This document shows, one piece after another, positions 12,430 to 23,762 of a stretch of 32,020 nt of DNA. The position numbers were made by a program, and so were the translations under genes. The notes beneath the pieces were generated by a model. That model was not told the origin of the DNA. It did not search any database and worked only from the letters and a program-made list of their open reading frames with translations. The first letter of the stretch is position 1. Each line of letters opens with the position of its first letter. The DNA comes from Octopus bimaculoides. Taxonomy: Eukaryota. Location: NCBI RefSeq assembly GCF_001194135.2, contig NC_068990.1:41503209-41535228 (forward strand), read 5' to 3'.

Positions 12430-12625
12430 TGTCTCCTCCACCCGCTAGACAACCGGTGTTTGTTCGTTAACGTCCCTGTAACTTAGCAGTTTGGCAAAAG
12501 AGACCGTTAAAATAATTTCTAGACTTTAAAAAATAAATACTGAGGTTGAGTTGTTCGACTAAATCTTTCTCGGCGGTGTTTGAGCATGGCTGCCGTCCAT
12601 TGACTGAAACCAACGAAGGAAGAGT
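12430..12625 (+). mobile_element. SINE family A, 3' half
   Basis: gctagacaaccggtg...taacttagcagtttggcaaaagagaccg...gagttgttcgactaaa...gcatggctgccgtccattgactgaaac aligns by eye with the copies at 16179, 16600 and 31820. Confidence 0.8.
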
Positions 12626-12928
12626 ATAATAAAAGAAAAACGGCAAAACTGTTATCAAGAACCTTAAAATAATATTTTGCCGCTTACATTTTATGTCACT
12701 AATTTTTAAAAGAACATTTTTAGTAATAATGCCGAGACCTTATAAACTAAAGATACTTTAGAAGTAGTTTGAAATATGTGTGTAAATGATATCATATGCA
12801 CTTGGTACTCGAGAGATAAATACAAAATAGATGTTACTGCCCCGGCAAGATTAAACGTGAAAGAGTAAAATCTTGCGAATTCCGCAGAATATTCATCATT
12901 GTTTCTATTTGAAATAATATTCTTTAAT

Positions 12929-12985
12929 ATTCTTTTATTCTTTTACTCGTTTCAGCCATGTGGCTGCGGTCATGCTGGAGTATCA
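12929..12985 (-). mobile_element. SINE family A, 3' tail fragment
   Basis: cttttactcgtttcagccatgtggctgcggtcatgctggag matches the tail gtttcagtcatttgactgcggccatgctagag at 16191. Confidence 0.7.
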
Positions 12986-14875
12986 TTGACTTCTATTAAA
13001 TATTTTGAATTTATGATGAAAAATGTTTAGAATAACTTTAAGACATGAAAAAGAAATTAGCAATAATAGATATGAGTCAACCAGGAAACGTATGTGGTTA
13101 TTCAAACTGCTAGAAATAAGAACTAAGTATTCTTCAAATTCACAGTACCGTCTAAAAAACGGAATCTATGTATGCATGACAATAAATTCTTAGAGATAAA
13201 GTTTGAAAAATAAGGGTGGTCATGATTGGAGTGTCTTTATTCGAAGGCCTAATAAACTAGAGCTGGCTTTTGGTTCAACAACAACAACAGCAGCAACAGA
13301 ATAGTAAGCCTAATAAATCAATCATACTGAATTAAACAATATTCTTTTCATTAATTTCAGTTGGATAATCTTTGATCTCTAATAGATCAAAATTGATTCC
13401 TCTCTACTCGGCAACCAGCATCCCCATAAATCACCCCGCAGCACCACCATCACCAGAAACAGCAGCAGCAACAACAACAACAACAACAATAACGACAACC
13501 AATATATCGATATAGACATGAAGGGAAAGAGGAGTTTGGAGGGAGCATTACTTAGCAGTCCTGCAATGTCTGAGAAAATCTATCAATTCATTGAAACATC
13601 ATTTCTGAAGCCGAAGTGGGATATTTTTATTAGAAGAAAAAGCTCAGAGCGAAGCAATGGAACTGTCCAAGAAGTTAAATGGCCAGTGGAAGTAACTGTG
13701 GCCTGGAATATCGATGCAATTAATCGAATTCGACATGTAAACCGCAGATATTTGATCATGAGAATATAAATCAAGATGGTTTGGGTGTATGGTATCGCAT
13801 TCGAAATGGGAATTACTTACTTTCAGCAGAACAGCTTTTGTCGTCATAATAAGAAAGTGTCTGGAATTATTTAAGTTGATTTGTAGTAAATTATCAACGA
13901 CATAATTTGATTATTGTATGAATAAGTTAAAGCTGATTTTCATCTAAGAAAGCAATGAATTAGTGATGCGGCCAATAGAAGAGCGATGAAAACAAAGTCG
14001 ACGTTTATCGTTGTTCATTAGTGTTGAACAAGTGGAAGAAAAAGTTTCCATTAGACGCTGATGAGTTTGTATGTCTATAATAAATACAATATTTCGTTCA
14101 CATGACAAATTGCTTTATTCCACGTGGGGGGATATCTCATAATCTCATGTTAGACTATGTGCTTGCCGTTTGTAATTTAAACAAGTGTCTTTTGTTGATG
14201 AAGAAGTGGACAATCTAAGCTATTACTGATGATGCGACAGAAATAACGAAGAGAAAACAAATGATAAAAATAGTGCATATTAAGAACGAAGGGCCGCATA
14301 GGTGCCGTTTTTCGATGAACTAATGGTTTGTGATGGATTTCTGAAATTTCAACCAATTTAGCTCTGAATGTTTCCCTCTCATTAACAAACATTGGATGAT
14401 TTGAATAAAAAGACAGCAGTGACTCGGGGATAATCTCTCAAGTTGAATCGGTGTAAATATATATCTGTATGAATATACATGATATGAAATGATATGTTTG
14501 TGTATTCAGATATATGTGTAAATGTACACATATGCATGCATGTATGTATGTATGTGTATATATATGTATATNNNNNNNNNNNNNNNNNNNNNNNNNNNNN
14601 NNNNNNNNNNNNNNNNNNNNNNNNNNNNNNNNNNNNNNNNNNNNNNNNNNNNNNNNNNNNNNNNNNNNNNNNNNNNNTATATGCATGTATATATATATAT
14701 AAATGCATGTATGTGTGTGTGTGTAAATATAATTCATGTCACATATATAACTACATATAAATTTACATACATAGAATCTGTCGTATTTGATAAGAATGAG
14801 TATCTCTGTGTGAGCTTGTATGTATAGATGAGTATGTGTGTATATATCGTTCTTTGCTAGGTATAAGTGTGTGTC

Positions 14876-14925
<50 letters not shown>

Positions 14926-15195
14926 CAGAGAGAGAGAGAAAGAGAGAGATACTCATGCGCACGTAAATTACATGCATATATGCATGTCTATGCATCTGCA
15001 TATCGATCTATATACTTCTATAAACATCCGCGCGTAGAAAGTTTAAGAATATTTCTTTATGCCTAATTACCCAACTATACACCCCTATATTTTATTATCG
15101 CTCAATATTTTATCTCTGTCCATTCATTTATCTTTGTAATTATCAAATTCCGCAGGTATCTATTTACCTATTTATTTATCTAGCTGTCTCCCCAC

Positions 15196-15214
15196 ATGAA
15201 AAATATATATATGC

Positions 15215-15269
<55 letters not shown>

Positions 15270-15358
15270 TGTATTATGTATAATCACATATACACATATA
15301 TATGATTTATACATGTATATATATATAAACAATACATACATATATACATATATCTATG

Positions 15359-15427
<69 letters not shown>

Positions 15428-15480
15428 TCATACATAAACATATAAACATATACATATATACGTTGTGAACACACATATAC
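15196..15480. repeat. (TA)n-rich microsatellite field
   Basis: Directly visible. Confidence 0.95.
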
Positions 15481-15921
15481 ATATAAATATATGATTTATG
15501 TGTGTAACTACACGGATAAACTATTTTTTAATTAAGAATACCCAAAACATATACTTATGCGGCTGTGTGTGCGCGTGCGTGCTTGCGCGTGCGTGCTTGC
15601 GCGTGTGTGTGTGTGAATGTAGTGTGTGTGTGTGTATGTGTGTGTGTGTGTAAGTATGAGTGTGTGTGTCTCCTTGCATCTGCTTAATGAAAATTCCTAG
15701 CCGTAATGATAGTGTAAGTCTGGGAGACTAGGCAAATTTTGTGTGAGCATGTGTGAACGTGCGAATCAGTGTTTGTTGATGCATTTGTTATTTATAACTT
15801 TCTCTACTACGAATGGTATAACATCATTAGCGTCACTATTATATGACACGAAGAAATTATGAAAACCATGGGTAGTGCCATGCAGATACAGCGCCTAGGA
15901 TCTATTGTATATGTGTCTCTT

Positions 15922-16144
15922 AAGGCGGCGAGCTGGCAGAGTCATCAGCACTCTGAGCAAAATGACTAGCGGCACTTCCTCTGTCTGCACGTTCTGGGTT
16001 CAAATTCTGCCGAGGTCGACTTTGTCTTTCATCTTTTGTGGGGGTCTATAAATTAAGTACCAGTTGAACACTGATGACGATGTGACCGACTAGCACCCTC
16101 CCCCAAAAATTTCCTGGCTTTGGGCCAAAATTCGAAACCATTAT
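15922..16144 (+). mobile_element. tRNA-derived SINE, family B, near full length
   Basis: Head ggcggcgagctggcag (A box), B box gggttcaaattc, central gaggtcgactttgtctttcatc...ataaattaagtaccag, tail gaaaccattat. Matches the 24936 copy. Confidence 0.88.
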
Positions 16145-16178
16145 GTATGTTTCTCTTTTTCTCTAGGTAAATGGACAT

Positions 16179-16430
16179 ATTCTTTTATTTGTTTCAGTCA
16201 TTTGACTGCGGCCATGCTAGAGCACCACCTTTAGTCGAGCAAATCGACCCCAGGACTTATTCTTAGTAAGCCTAGTACTTATTCTATCGGTCTCTATATT
16301 ACAAACCGCTAGATTACGGGGACGTAAGCACACGAACATCGGTTGTCAAGAGATGGTGCCACGCAGTGGGACTGGACCGAGAACCATGTGGTTGAGAAGC
16401 AAGCGTCTTACCGCACAGCCACGTCAAGCG
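16179..16430 (-). mobile_element. SINE family A copy with internal deletion (head fused directly to 3' half)
   Basis: The minus strand reads head ...cagtcccactgcgtggcacc joined to atctcttgacaaccgatg...gcatggccgcagtcaaatgactgaaac. The core and microsatellite seen in the 6766 copy are missing. Confidence 0.85.
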
Positions 16431-16599
16431 ACAGAAAGTAGTTTAATGCCAAAGTATAATATTTATCACTATTTAAAGGTGGATGTTGTGATGAAACACA
16501 GGATACTGGGATATTTACCGTTGGAGAACCTCTCGAATCGTTTTGTGGTGCATATACGCACTCGCTCTTACACCGCTGGAGGGAGACAATTGCCGCCAT

Positions 16600-16775
16600 C
16601 ACCACCACCGCTTGACACCTAGTGTTGGTTTGTTTACGTCCCGCAACTTAGCGGTTTAGCAAAGAGATCAATAGAATTAGTACCACGCTTAAAATATTAG
16701 AACTGGGGTTGAGTCATTCGACTAAAATTTCAAGACGGTGACCCACCATGAATGCAGTCTAATGACAGAAAAAGT
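16600..16775 (+). mobile_element. SINE family A, degenerate 3' half
   Basis: ccgcttgacacc...tttacgtcccgcaacttagcggtt...gagtcattcgactaaaa...gcagtctaatgacagaaa. Confidence 0.8.
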
Positions 16776-17782
16776 AGATTTTTAAACGATAAGTATATAT
16801 GTTTGTGCATGCATGTGTGCGTGTGTGTGTGTGCGTGTGTGTGTGTGTGTGTACTGCATAATGTGCTTGTTAAAACAAAATGCAATTAAAGTATCAGTGA
16901 CATAATATAATATAGATGATAAAGAATGCATTATAAATAAGTGATCTAACAAATTTACATACATAGCTTTATAAATAGTACGTATGTAACTTTAAAGACA
17001 AGTTTTAGTAAGGTATGAATAACCAACGCAGTGGATACTCTGTTGGGTCTAGGCTGCGAGGTCCGAGAAGGTGCCACGTCTGCTGTAGATTTAGTTCATT
17101 TTAGTTTTATATATATAGTATGATACAACATTATATATGTGTGTGTGTATAATTTATAGGGCATCTATGTCCTATAAATTCTGCACAGCATCGGTTTTGT
17201 TGTCTCGTTTTATTTAACATGCACATGCTTACACAAGACCGACATTAGACTCCTCACTCGCATTATTATCGAACCGGGAGTGTAACTACAGTTCTCCCGC
17301 AGCACTTATATAGCCTTACCTACCATCTTGGGTCTTCCGGATACCAATACCTCTCATATATATATATATATATATATAATTATGTGTATTTCTTCTATCT
17401 TNNNNNNNNNNTATATGCTCACACACGTGTATTTGTGTGTATTTTTTGATAAGTAGAATAGAGTAATTTATCCCGAGGAATTAAGCCTACATAATTACTC
17501 CGTAAAGATGCACGTAGTGTCATATATTTAAGGCGTAGATTTCTGATACTAAGACATACTGGTTTTTGATGACAGCAATGCTACTGTATATTATTTGTTC
17601 TTAACTGAATACATTCATTCTCTAGTTATTTGTTCCCTGACAATTTATTGACATTTGCTTCATTAATAATTTAAAAGAAAATATCATGAAATTTTTTATA
17701 TTTCAATGAACAGCTCTACATCACCAGCTGAGTCAGTCTTTTCAAGTTTTTACTTTATTAATTCTTGTCATTTAACTTTTAG

Positions 17783-17797
17783 AAACCTTGGCATGAA
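17783..17797 (+). CDS. Candidate 15-nt microexon (KPWHE, phase 0/0)
   Basis: Acceptor ttcttgtcatttaacttttAG and donor GAA|gtgagt; length a multiple of 3; open in frame with the next candidate exon. Splice-signal evidence only. Confidence 0.3.
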
Positions 17798-18653
17798 GTG
17801 AGTGACTTTTCGCCTTGAGCTGGACTCATTTGATCTAAACAACGTCAAGTTTATATTATACACTTTCTCATATCTTTCTTCGTTGTCACAATGTTAAGTT
17901 TCAATTCAGATTAAATTTACAGATGTTCAAGTTTCTCCCTCCCCCTCTCTCTCTCTCTCTTCTCCGTCGTTTTTTTTTTCTTTTGCAAATATTACGACAA
18001 ATTAGACTTCATTTGATTTGAAAAGTGTTTGTATAAACGGCTCTGTATCATATATGAATAGGGAATTTGAAAAATATCTACTTTTTTTTACATTTTTTAA
18101 TGATTGAAAAATTAATGAACATGACAACTACCAATATTATAAGTAGAACTCAGTATTGTCTGTCAAAACAGATCCGCGGTAGCGTGGAATAATGTTATCT
18201 ATAAGACTATTTGTGTGTATACGTGTGTATGATGAATATGTGTGTGTATGTATGTACAAACATTTACACATAGGGATATTAAATATAGATGTATATATAT
18301 TTTTTTAATATAAAAATTAAGTTTTATTAAAATATTTTATCAGTGGCCAGCATATGAAAAATACCTTCTAAGGTGAACATTATAAACACAATTATAAATA
18401 AGGGCAAAAACACATGCATACGTACACTCACACACACATATGTATATGGATTTACACTACTCAAGTATTTAAGTTCACATAAACATTGGGGAGAGGGGGA
18501 TTAGTGAAATGATAGTGTATCTCCGAGGGTTGTTTTTCCCTTCAATGATCGAATGATTGAAAGTGTAGGTGTCATCTGCTTCTATTTGGATATATGCATC
18601 TTTTATGAAAACTAGGAGCATATGCTGTTATTGGTGGGTGGAATATCATTTTC

Positions 18654-19410
18654 CTATGTGTTCAGTAGTGATCTGTACTTTCTAATGAATAATTCTTCTT
18701 TATATTTCCGGAAAAGCTCGCTGTCCGACCTTAACTTAAAGAAGAGGAAGATTGTGAATTTTCCCTTTCCACTTGAAGCGATGTGTTCACTGCAAGTGAT
18801 GTTTCTGATAGAGGAGTCTCTAATTTGTTGTTTATGCACACGAACTCTGTCATTTATTCCCGTTCCGGTTTCACCAATGTAATATTCTTTACATTGTGGA
18901 CAAGTTGCACAATGTAGAGAATAAGTTTCTTGTTTTGCAATTCATGCTTGCATTAACTTTGAAAATTTCATTGTTTTTAAAGGAGGTTTGTCCACCCTCT
19001 TCAATGTATACACAAATTCTGCATCAAGGGTCCCTGCATTTCATAACTTGCATGGTTAGCAGTATTTTTAAGGTTGCGTGCTTGGCGTCTGCAATATATT
19101 ATTCGCGAGTCTTTCATGAGTGCATCCATTTTGGGAGATTGCTGGAGAATTGGGAGATATTGTTTGGCGGCTTTCACAATGTTGAAGTTTCTTGGGTTAT
19201 GAGTGATGACAAATGGGATAACTGCTTTTTCCTTTATATTTTGCTGTTTTGTTTTTCTTAGTGTTGTCATTGGAATGTTCTGGGCCTTCGAAATGATGAG
19301 GTTGATAGGATATTCTTTTCTTTCAAGGAACCATTTTAAGTTCATATGATATTTTTTCGTATAGTGTGGGGTGTGCTGCTATGGTGCAAAAGGGAATGTT
19401 CCTTTTGGTA
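18654..19410 (-). mobile_element. Decayed, 5'-truncated Penelope-like element (RT C-terminal region, Zn-finger, GIY-YIG endonuclease)
   Basis: Across frameshifts: TKRNIPF..CTI; ERKEYPINLIISKAQNIP..LR..IPFVITHNPRNFNI..LPILQQ..RRQARNLK; KCRDP*CRICVYIEEG..FKVNASMNCKTRNL; CATCPQCKEYYIGETG..NDRVRVHKQQIRD..SEHI..FTIFLF..KEELFIRKYRSLLNT*. This is the canonical PLE layout with YIG, catalytic R/H/E/N and CCHH residues. Confidence 0.92.
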
Positions 19411-19644
19411 CTCCACGTACAAACTATGACTGAGCATGTGTATGAACATGTCTAAATGTTTCCGTGTGTAAGTGTATGTGCATAAATATGTTTTTATAAG
19501 TAAGTATATATGCAGCTGTATACCATACTAGAGTGGCACTGGAAAATGTTATCCTACAAGATATAATGGAATGTGGGGCGAAATACTTTGAAATATTTTA
19601 GTTACATCTACTTATGTTATGAGCTAAAACCACCTGCTCCAGCT

Positions 19645-19710
19645 TCGAATTTTGTTCTTCTACGATAAATATAAGCACCAGTAGAGCATAGAGGTCGATG
19701 TAACCATCTA
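19645..19710 (+). mobile_element. SINE family B central fragment, degenerate
   Basis: gataaatataagcaccagtagagcatagaggtcgatgtaacc resembles the gataaattaagtaccag...ctggggtcgatgtaatc region of the other copies. Confidence 0.55.
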
Positions 19711-19810
19711 TTCATTTCTTCCAAGTTTCCATTCCGTCCTTGTGTCTACCTCTACGTAATAAATTGTCAATATTAATTGATTAATTAATGAACTATCATT
19801 TAATTTCAAG

Positions 19811-19864
19811 AATCAGAAACCTAGCAATCTGGCGAGATATGAAGACAAAATGAACGAGTTTGAG
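19811..19864 (+). CDS. Candidate internal exon (NQKPSNLARYEDKMNEFE) of a spectrin-repeat-like protein
   Basis: Acceptor tcatttaatttcAG-type site ending 19810 (ttcaag), donor GAG|gtgaga, 54 nt, phase 0/0. Splices in frame to 26026-26100 to give a spectrin helix-A pattern. Confidence 0.5.
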
Positions 19865-20109
19865 GTGAGAATGCTTTGTTGGAAATATTACCAAATAAGG
19901 AAAACTACTGGCTAAGGTACAAAGAATTATCCCAAGCAAGCAATATAAGGACCAAATAAGCATATTCGGAGAAAGATGACCATTGTACTGATGCTAAAAT
20001 AATAAACGGCAGTCTCAGTTAGTAAACAAATGGCTTGATAGTATTGAAGAGTAAATACTTAACAATTTGACAAATACTTTTCTTTCTGTCGTAGGTGATG
20101 CTATAGTTA

Positions 20110-20400
20110 AGTTGTTGTTGTTTAGTTACTTTAGCATTTATGTAGTAGACTTGGAATCAAGAGCCTTCTATTCAAGACCATCGTATTTACTTTTGTATGT
20201 CTAGAACTTTATTCTTTAGTGTGTCTTTACATGTTTCGTTGATAAGGTGTTGTTTGAGAGTGATTTAGAGCCACTTCTAGTAGTTTGAGGGACCGCGTAG
20301 AACCGCTCGTTGGCTCGTTATGATAAGGTTTCTGGGTATGGTGGCTCTAGTCCAGCACAGAGTGTTGAATGCGAGTTAAACCACTGACTTTATATCCTAA
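20110..20400 (-). repeat. Probable degenerate dispersed repeat
   Basis: The segment ctcaaactactagaagtggctctaaatcactctcaaacaacacc with a (caa)n-like tail resembles an octopus interspersed repeat from memory only; no second clear copy in the window. Confidence 0.25.
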
Positions 20401-20574
20401 GCACATTTTTTCTATTCAGAAATGGTATGAATCAAAAATACTTATATTTTACATTTCATTGAACACATCGCATTGCCTAAACGTGAGTCTATGGACTGAA
20501 TTTCATTATATTGCTGATAATTTTCCAAAATCGTGAGAGAATAGAACAAAAAAATCTGCAGTATTTATTCAAAT

Positions 20575-20745
20575 GGTCATCGATCTGAGTTCAAATCCCA
20601 TCGACATCAATTTTGATTTTACATCCTTTGCAGTTCGATAAAATAAAGTATCAATCTGTAGTGGTGGTTTAGCAGAACTGCCAGACCGTTACTTAAGGCA
20701 CGTTTTGGTACTGGTTCTGGCCCTTTGCGTTCTGAGTCTTCGGGT
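20575..20745 (+). mobile_element. Two adjacent degenerate SINE family B fragments
   Basis: ctgagttcaaatccc...catcctttgcagttcgataaaataaagtatc, then a second head-like ggtggtttagcagaa...ctttgcgttctgagtc. Confidence 0.55.
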
Positions 20746-21607
20746 TGTTGACTCAATGACACCCGAAATAAAATCGCCATTTTATCCTTCGTTGCCTTTA
20801 ATGTAGTTCATTCTCTTGAAAGCATTCAAGTTAGGTTTCCAGTTTCGAGGAAACTTCATACCTTCCCTCCCACCAGTCTGAAAGATCCTCACAAAATAAA
20901 GGGTCATGCGCGCTGCCCCTTCCTTCTATGAACAAAAAGGGGAAGAAAAAAATTCTGTTAATTCTCTCCAGACCGCCTTAATTGTACACAGGTCTTGTCG
21001 GATAAATACGGAGTTTATTTTTCTGCCAGAAAATGGTGGTAGGGAATACATAATAATAATAAAATAAAATAAATATTATGAGAGAGCGGTGTCAACTGTA
21101 TCCAGAGTCAACTGTCTGAGCGAATATAAAATTTTACATTAAATCACAGACAGAATATAAAGAGAGAAGACGAAAATCTTTATAATAAACAGCTACAATT
21201 AAGCAATAAACATCCTGTATACAATGGAGACAAGAGAATACAATCAGCGCATATAAAATTGTTAATAAGCATGTCTGAATATACATTTATAACTATTTCA
21301 ATAACAGAGAAATGGTGAAGGATCCATCAGAATCAAAAAGATAGAAAAAAAAATTCCTCTATAAGCCTATCATAACTTATCCGAGATAATGACTGGAGTA
21401 AATCAACAAATAAAAGAAAGAAAAAAACGAAAAAAGAAACAAAGAAATCAAGAAAATAAGAGGGAATCACCAAATAAACATAATAAATCAAAACGAAGGA
21501 ATTAAGGAACAATTTAAGAGTATTTGCCATACCACACATATATGGGGGTGCGTGTGAGTTGTGTATGTGCGTGTGCGTATATGTTCGTGTATGTGTGTGT
21601 ATGTATA

Positions 21608-21638
<31 letters not shown>

Positions 21639-22329
21639 GCGTGTGTGTATGTATATATGTGTATGCATGTATATACGTGTAGACACATGCAAGCGCACAC
21701 AAACACACACGCACACAAACACACACACACGCACACAAACACACACACACACGCACATATATGTAAGTTGTGTGTTTATAAAAGTCTATAAAATATTAGA
21801 TTTTAACATAAACTTCCCCGAATGCCCTAGAATATGCTGTGTCAGTTGAAGTTGACGTTTTACTGATACTTAATTCAGTTTGAAACAAAAGATACAGGGG
21901 AACAGACTATGTCTGACTGATCCCTCTTCAGACATTCACCTTTTCAGACTGAATTAATAACACCGACGTAAATAACAAGAAATGCAGCAACAACAACGAT
22001 GACGACGACGAGAAATGCAATTCCAATAAAAAGAAAATCAAGAACGTATCTATCAATCAGGATTCTTCGCGGCGGTCCCTCACTCTGATATGTTACCTTC
22101 TCCTCGATTCATACACCAATATTTTTAAAAATCAAATACACATTTAATAATATAGTCTCGGGGAAAAAAAAACAAAACAAAAAAAAAAACGTCACATGAA
22201 GGCTGAAGCAGTTTCCAACTTTAGGTTTGTTCGTTCAGGACATATTTTTACTAAACAAAAGCCATAGCAACAACAGCACCAAGAACAACAACGACACGAT
22301 GACAATAACAATAGAATAATAATAATTAT

Positions 22330-22541
22330 AATTCTTTCTACTATAAGCATAAGGCCTGAATATTAGGGAAGAGGTTAAGTCGGTTACATTGACCCCAGTA
22401 CTCCACTAGTATTTAATTTATCAACACCGAAAGGATGAAAAGCAAAGATGACTTCGTTGGAATTTAAACCCAGAACATAAGGACGAACGACATGCCGCTA
22501 AGCATCTTGCCTTGCGTGCTAACGATTCTGCCGGCTCGCCA
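22330..22541 (-). mobile_element. SINE family B, near full length
   Basis: The minus strand begins tggcgagccggcagaatcgttagcacgc, has B-box ctgggtttaaattcc and central tttcatcctttcggtgttgataaattaaatactag, and ends in an (att)n-like tail. Confidence 0.87.
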
Positions 22542-22546
22542 CTTTG

Positions 22547-22572
22547 TTATAATAATTATAATGATGATGATG

Positions 22573-22633
<61 letters not shown>

Positions 22634-22662
22634 TAATATTAATAATAATAATGATAATAGTA

Positions 22663-22741
<79 letters not shown>

Positions 22742-22749
22742 TAATAGTA

Positions 22750-22816
<67 letters not shown>
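22547..22816. repeat. (TAA)n microsatellite, about 270 bp
   Basis: Directly visible, with an internal duplicated interruption (gataatagtaatagt). Confidence 0.97.
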
Positions 22817-22818
<2 letters not shown>

Positions 22819-23038
22819 CCTACGTAAAATACTGTCTATGTGATCTCAAATTTTAAAACAAACACATAATTTTCTTATGGTTTCTTAAACATTCTCTAGA
22901 ACAACATTATGTACAAATCGAAATATATGGTACCCTAGGCATAACACCTGCATGAACTTCTAACTTGTTGTCTCTTGAGGTCTCTGGGTGAGACTTGGGA
23001 TCCAGCTTGTACAAATGCAAAACAAAAGTCAAACATAA
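22817..23038 (+). mobile_element. 3' end of an R4/Dong-type non-LTR retrotransposon (last codons ILRKILSM*, 3' UTR)
   Basis: atc cta cgt aaa ata ctg tct atg tga (22817-43) fits the R4/Dong C-terminal GTA.ILRK.L pattern. It is followed by about 195 nt of UTR (gaggtctctgggtgagacttgg) and a (TAA)n tail, with (TAA)n on both sides as expected for Dong. Only 8 codons are visible. Confidence 0.65.
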
Positions 23039-23071
<33 letters not shown>

Positions 23072-23074
<3 letters not shown>

Positions 23075-23200
23075 TGTTTCAAAGTTTTGACACAACGCCC
23101 AATCATTTCGGGGAGGTGGTACATAGATTACATCGACCCCAGTAATCAACTAGTAGTTATTTTATCGATCCCGAAAAGTGGGGAGGCAAATCTGGACTCA
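23072..23200 (-). mobile_element. SINE family B, 5'-truncated, with (ATT)n tail = tract 23039-23074
   Basis: Minus strand: gatttgcctccccacttttcgggatcgataaaataactactag...ctggggtcgatgtaatc...gttgtgtcaaaactttgaaacaattattatt. Confidence 0.8.
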
Positions 23201-23228
23201 GTATATAAAGCCAGAAGAAATGCCCTTA

Positions 23229-23591
23229 TGCATTTTCTCCGGCGTGTAAGTGATAATAATACGCAAAATGTATCTAAGCTTGCCGTTGCTAATAGAAACT
23301 TGTACTGATGGCTCTCAAAGAAGCAGAAATCTAGATTTAGTAATTCCAGCTCCACTGTTGGATACTTTCCGTCAGCTGCTGACATAATCCTGCACTTTTT
23401 ATTTCTCTACGTTTCTAATTTGTGATTATTATTTATAAAGTAACAGGTAATTTTAAGTTAAAGATACTACGTACTAATTTAATAATGGTTTTAATCTTTA
23501 TTAATTTTGATTTGTTAACGTTATTGCTTTCATCAATTATGATCTTTCGTATCTATTCTCACTATTATAAATAAATATATTTTGTACATAT
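23229..23591 (-). repeat. Unclassified ~350-bp repeat X, copy 1 (inverted relative to copy 2)
   Basis: Its reverse complement aligns by eye to 25151-25486: 15 differences in a 159-nt central block, plus a ~27-nt indel. Confidence 0.92.
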
Positions 23592-23679
23592 ACTGATGAC
23601 AATGTTCAACTAAATAGTTAGCATTTTGATTCTTCATCGTCTAGTAACTTTCAACACTTTAACAGACGCACGTACATAC

Positions 23680-23720
23680 GTACATACAAACATACATACA
23701 TACATACATACATACATACA

Positions 23721-23752
<32 letters not shown>

Positions 23753-23762
23753 CACACACACA
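23680..23762. repeat. (TACA)n microsatellite
   Basis: Directly visible. Confidence 0.95.

Noticed and set aside
13146-13169. 24-nt phase-0 exon candidate YRLKNGIY
   Set aside because: The donor (TAT|gtatgc) is weak and nothing links it to the downstream exons.
13518-13769. 83-aa ORF MKGKRSLEG...
   Set aside because: No recognisable domain; a length expected by chance; no splice support.
17276-17300. Hairpin gggag...ctccc containing an ACTACA Staf-like motif
   Set aside because: Short, and no PSE/TATA spacing or snRNA body downstream.
18480-18600. Possible hammerhead in the PLE 3' flank (cagatgacacc on -)
   Set aside because: The core is not CUGANGA, and no stem II-GAAA follows.
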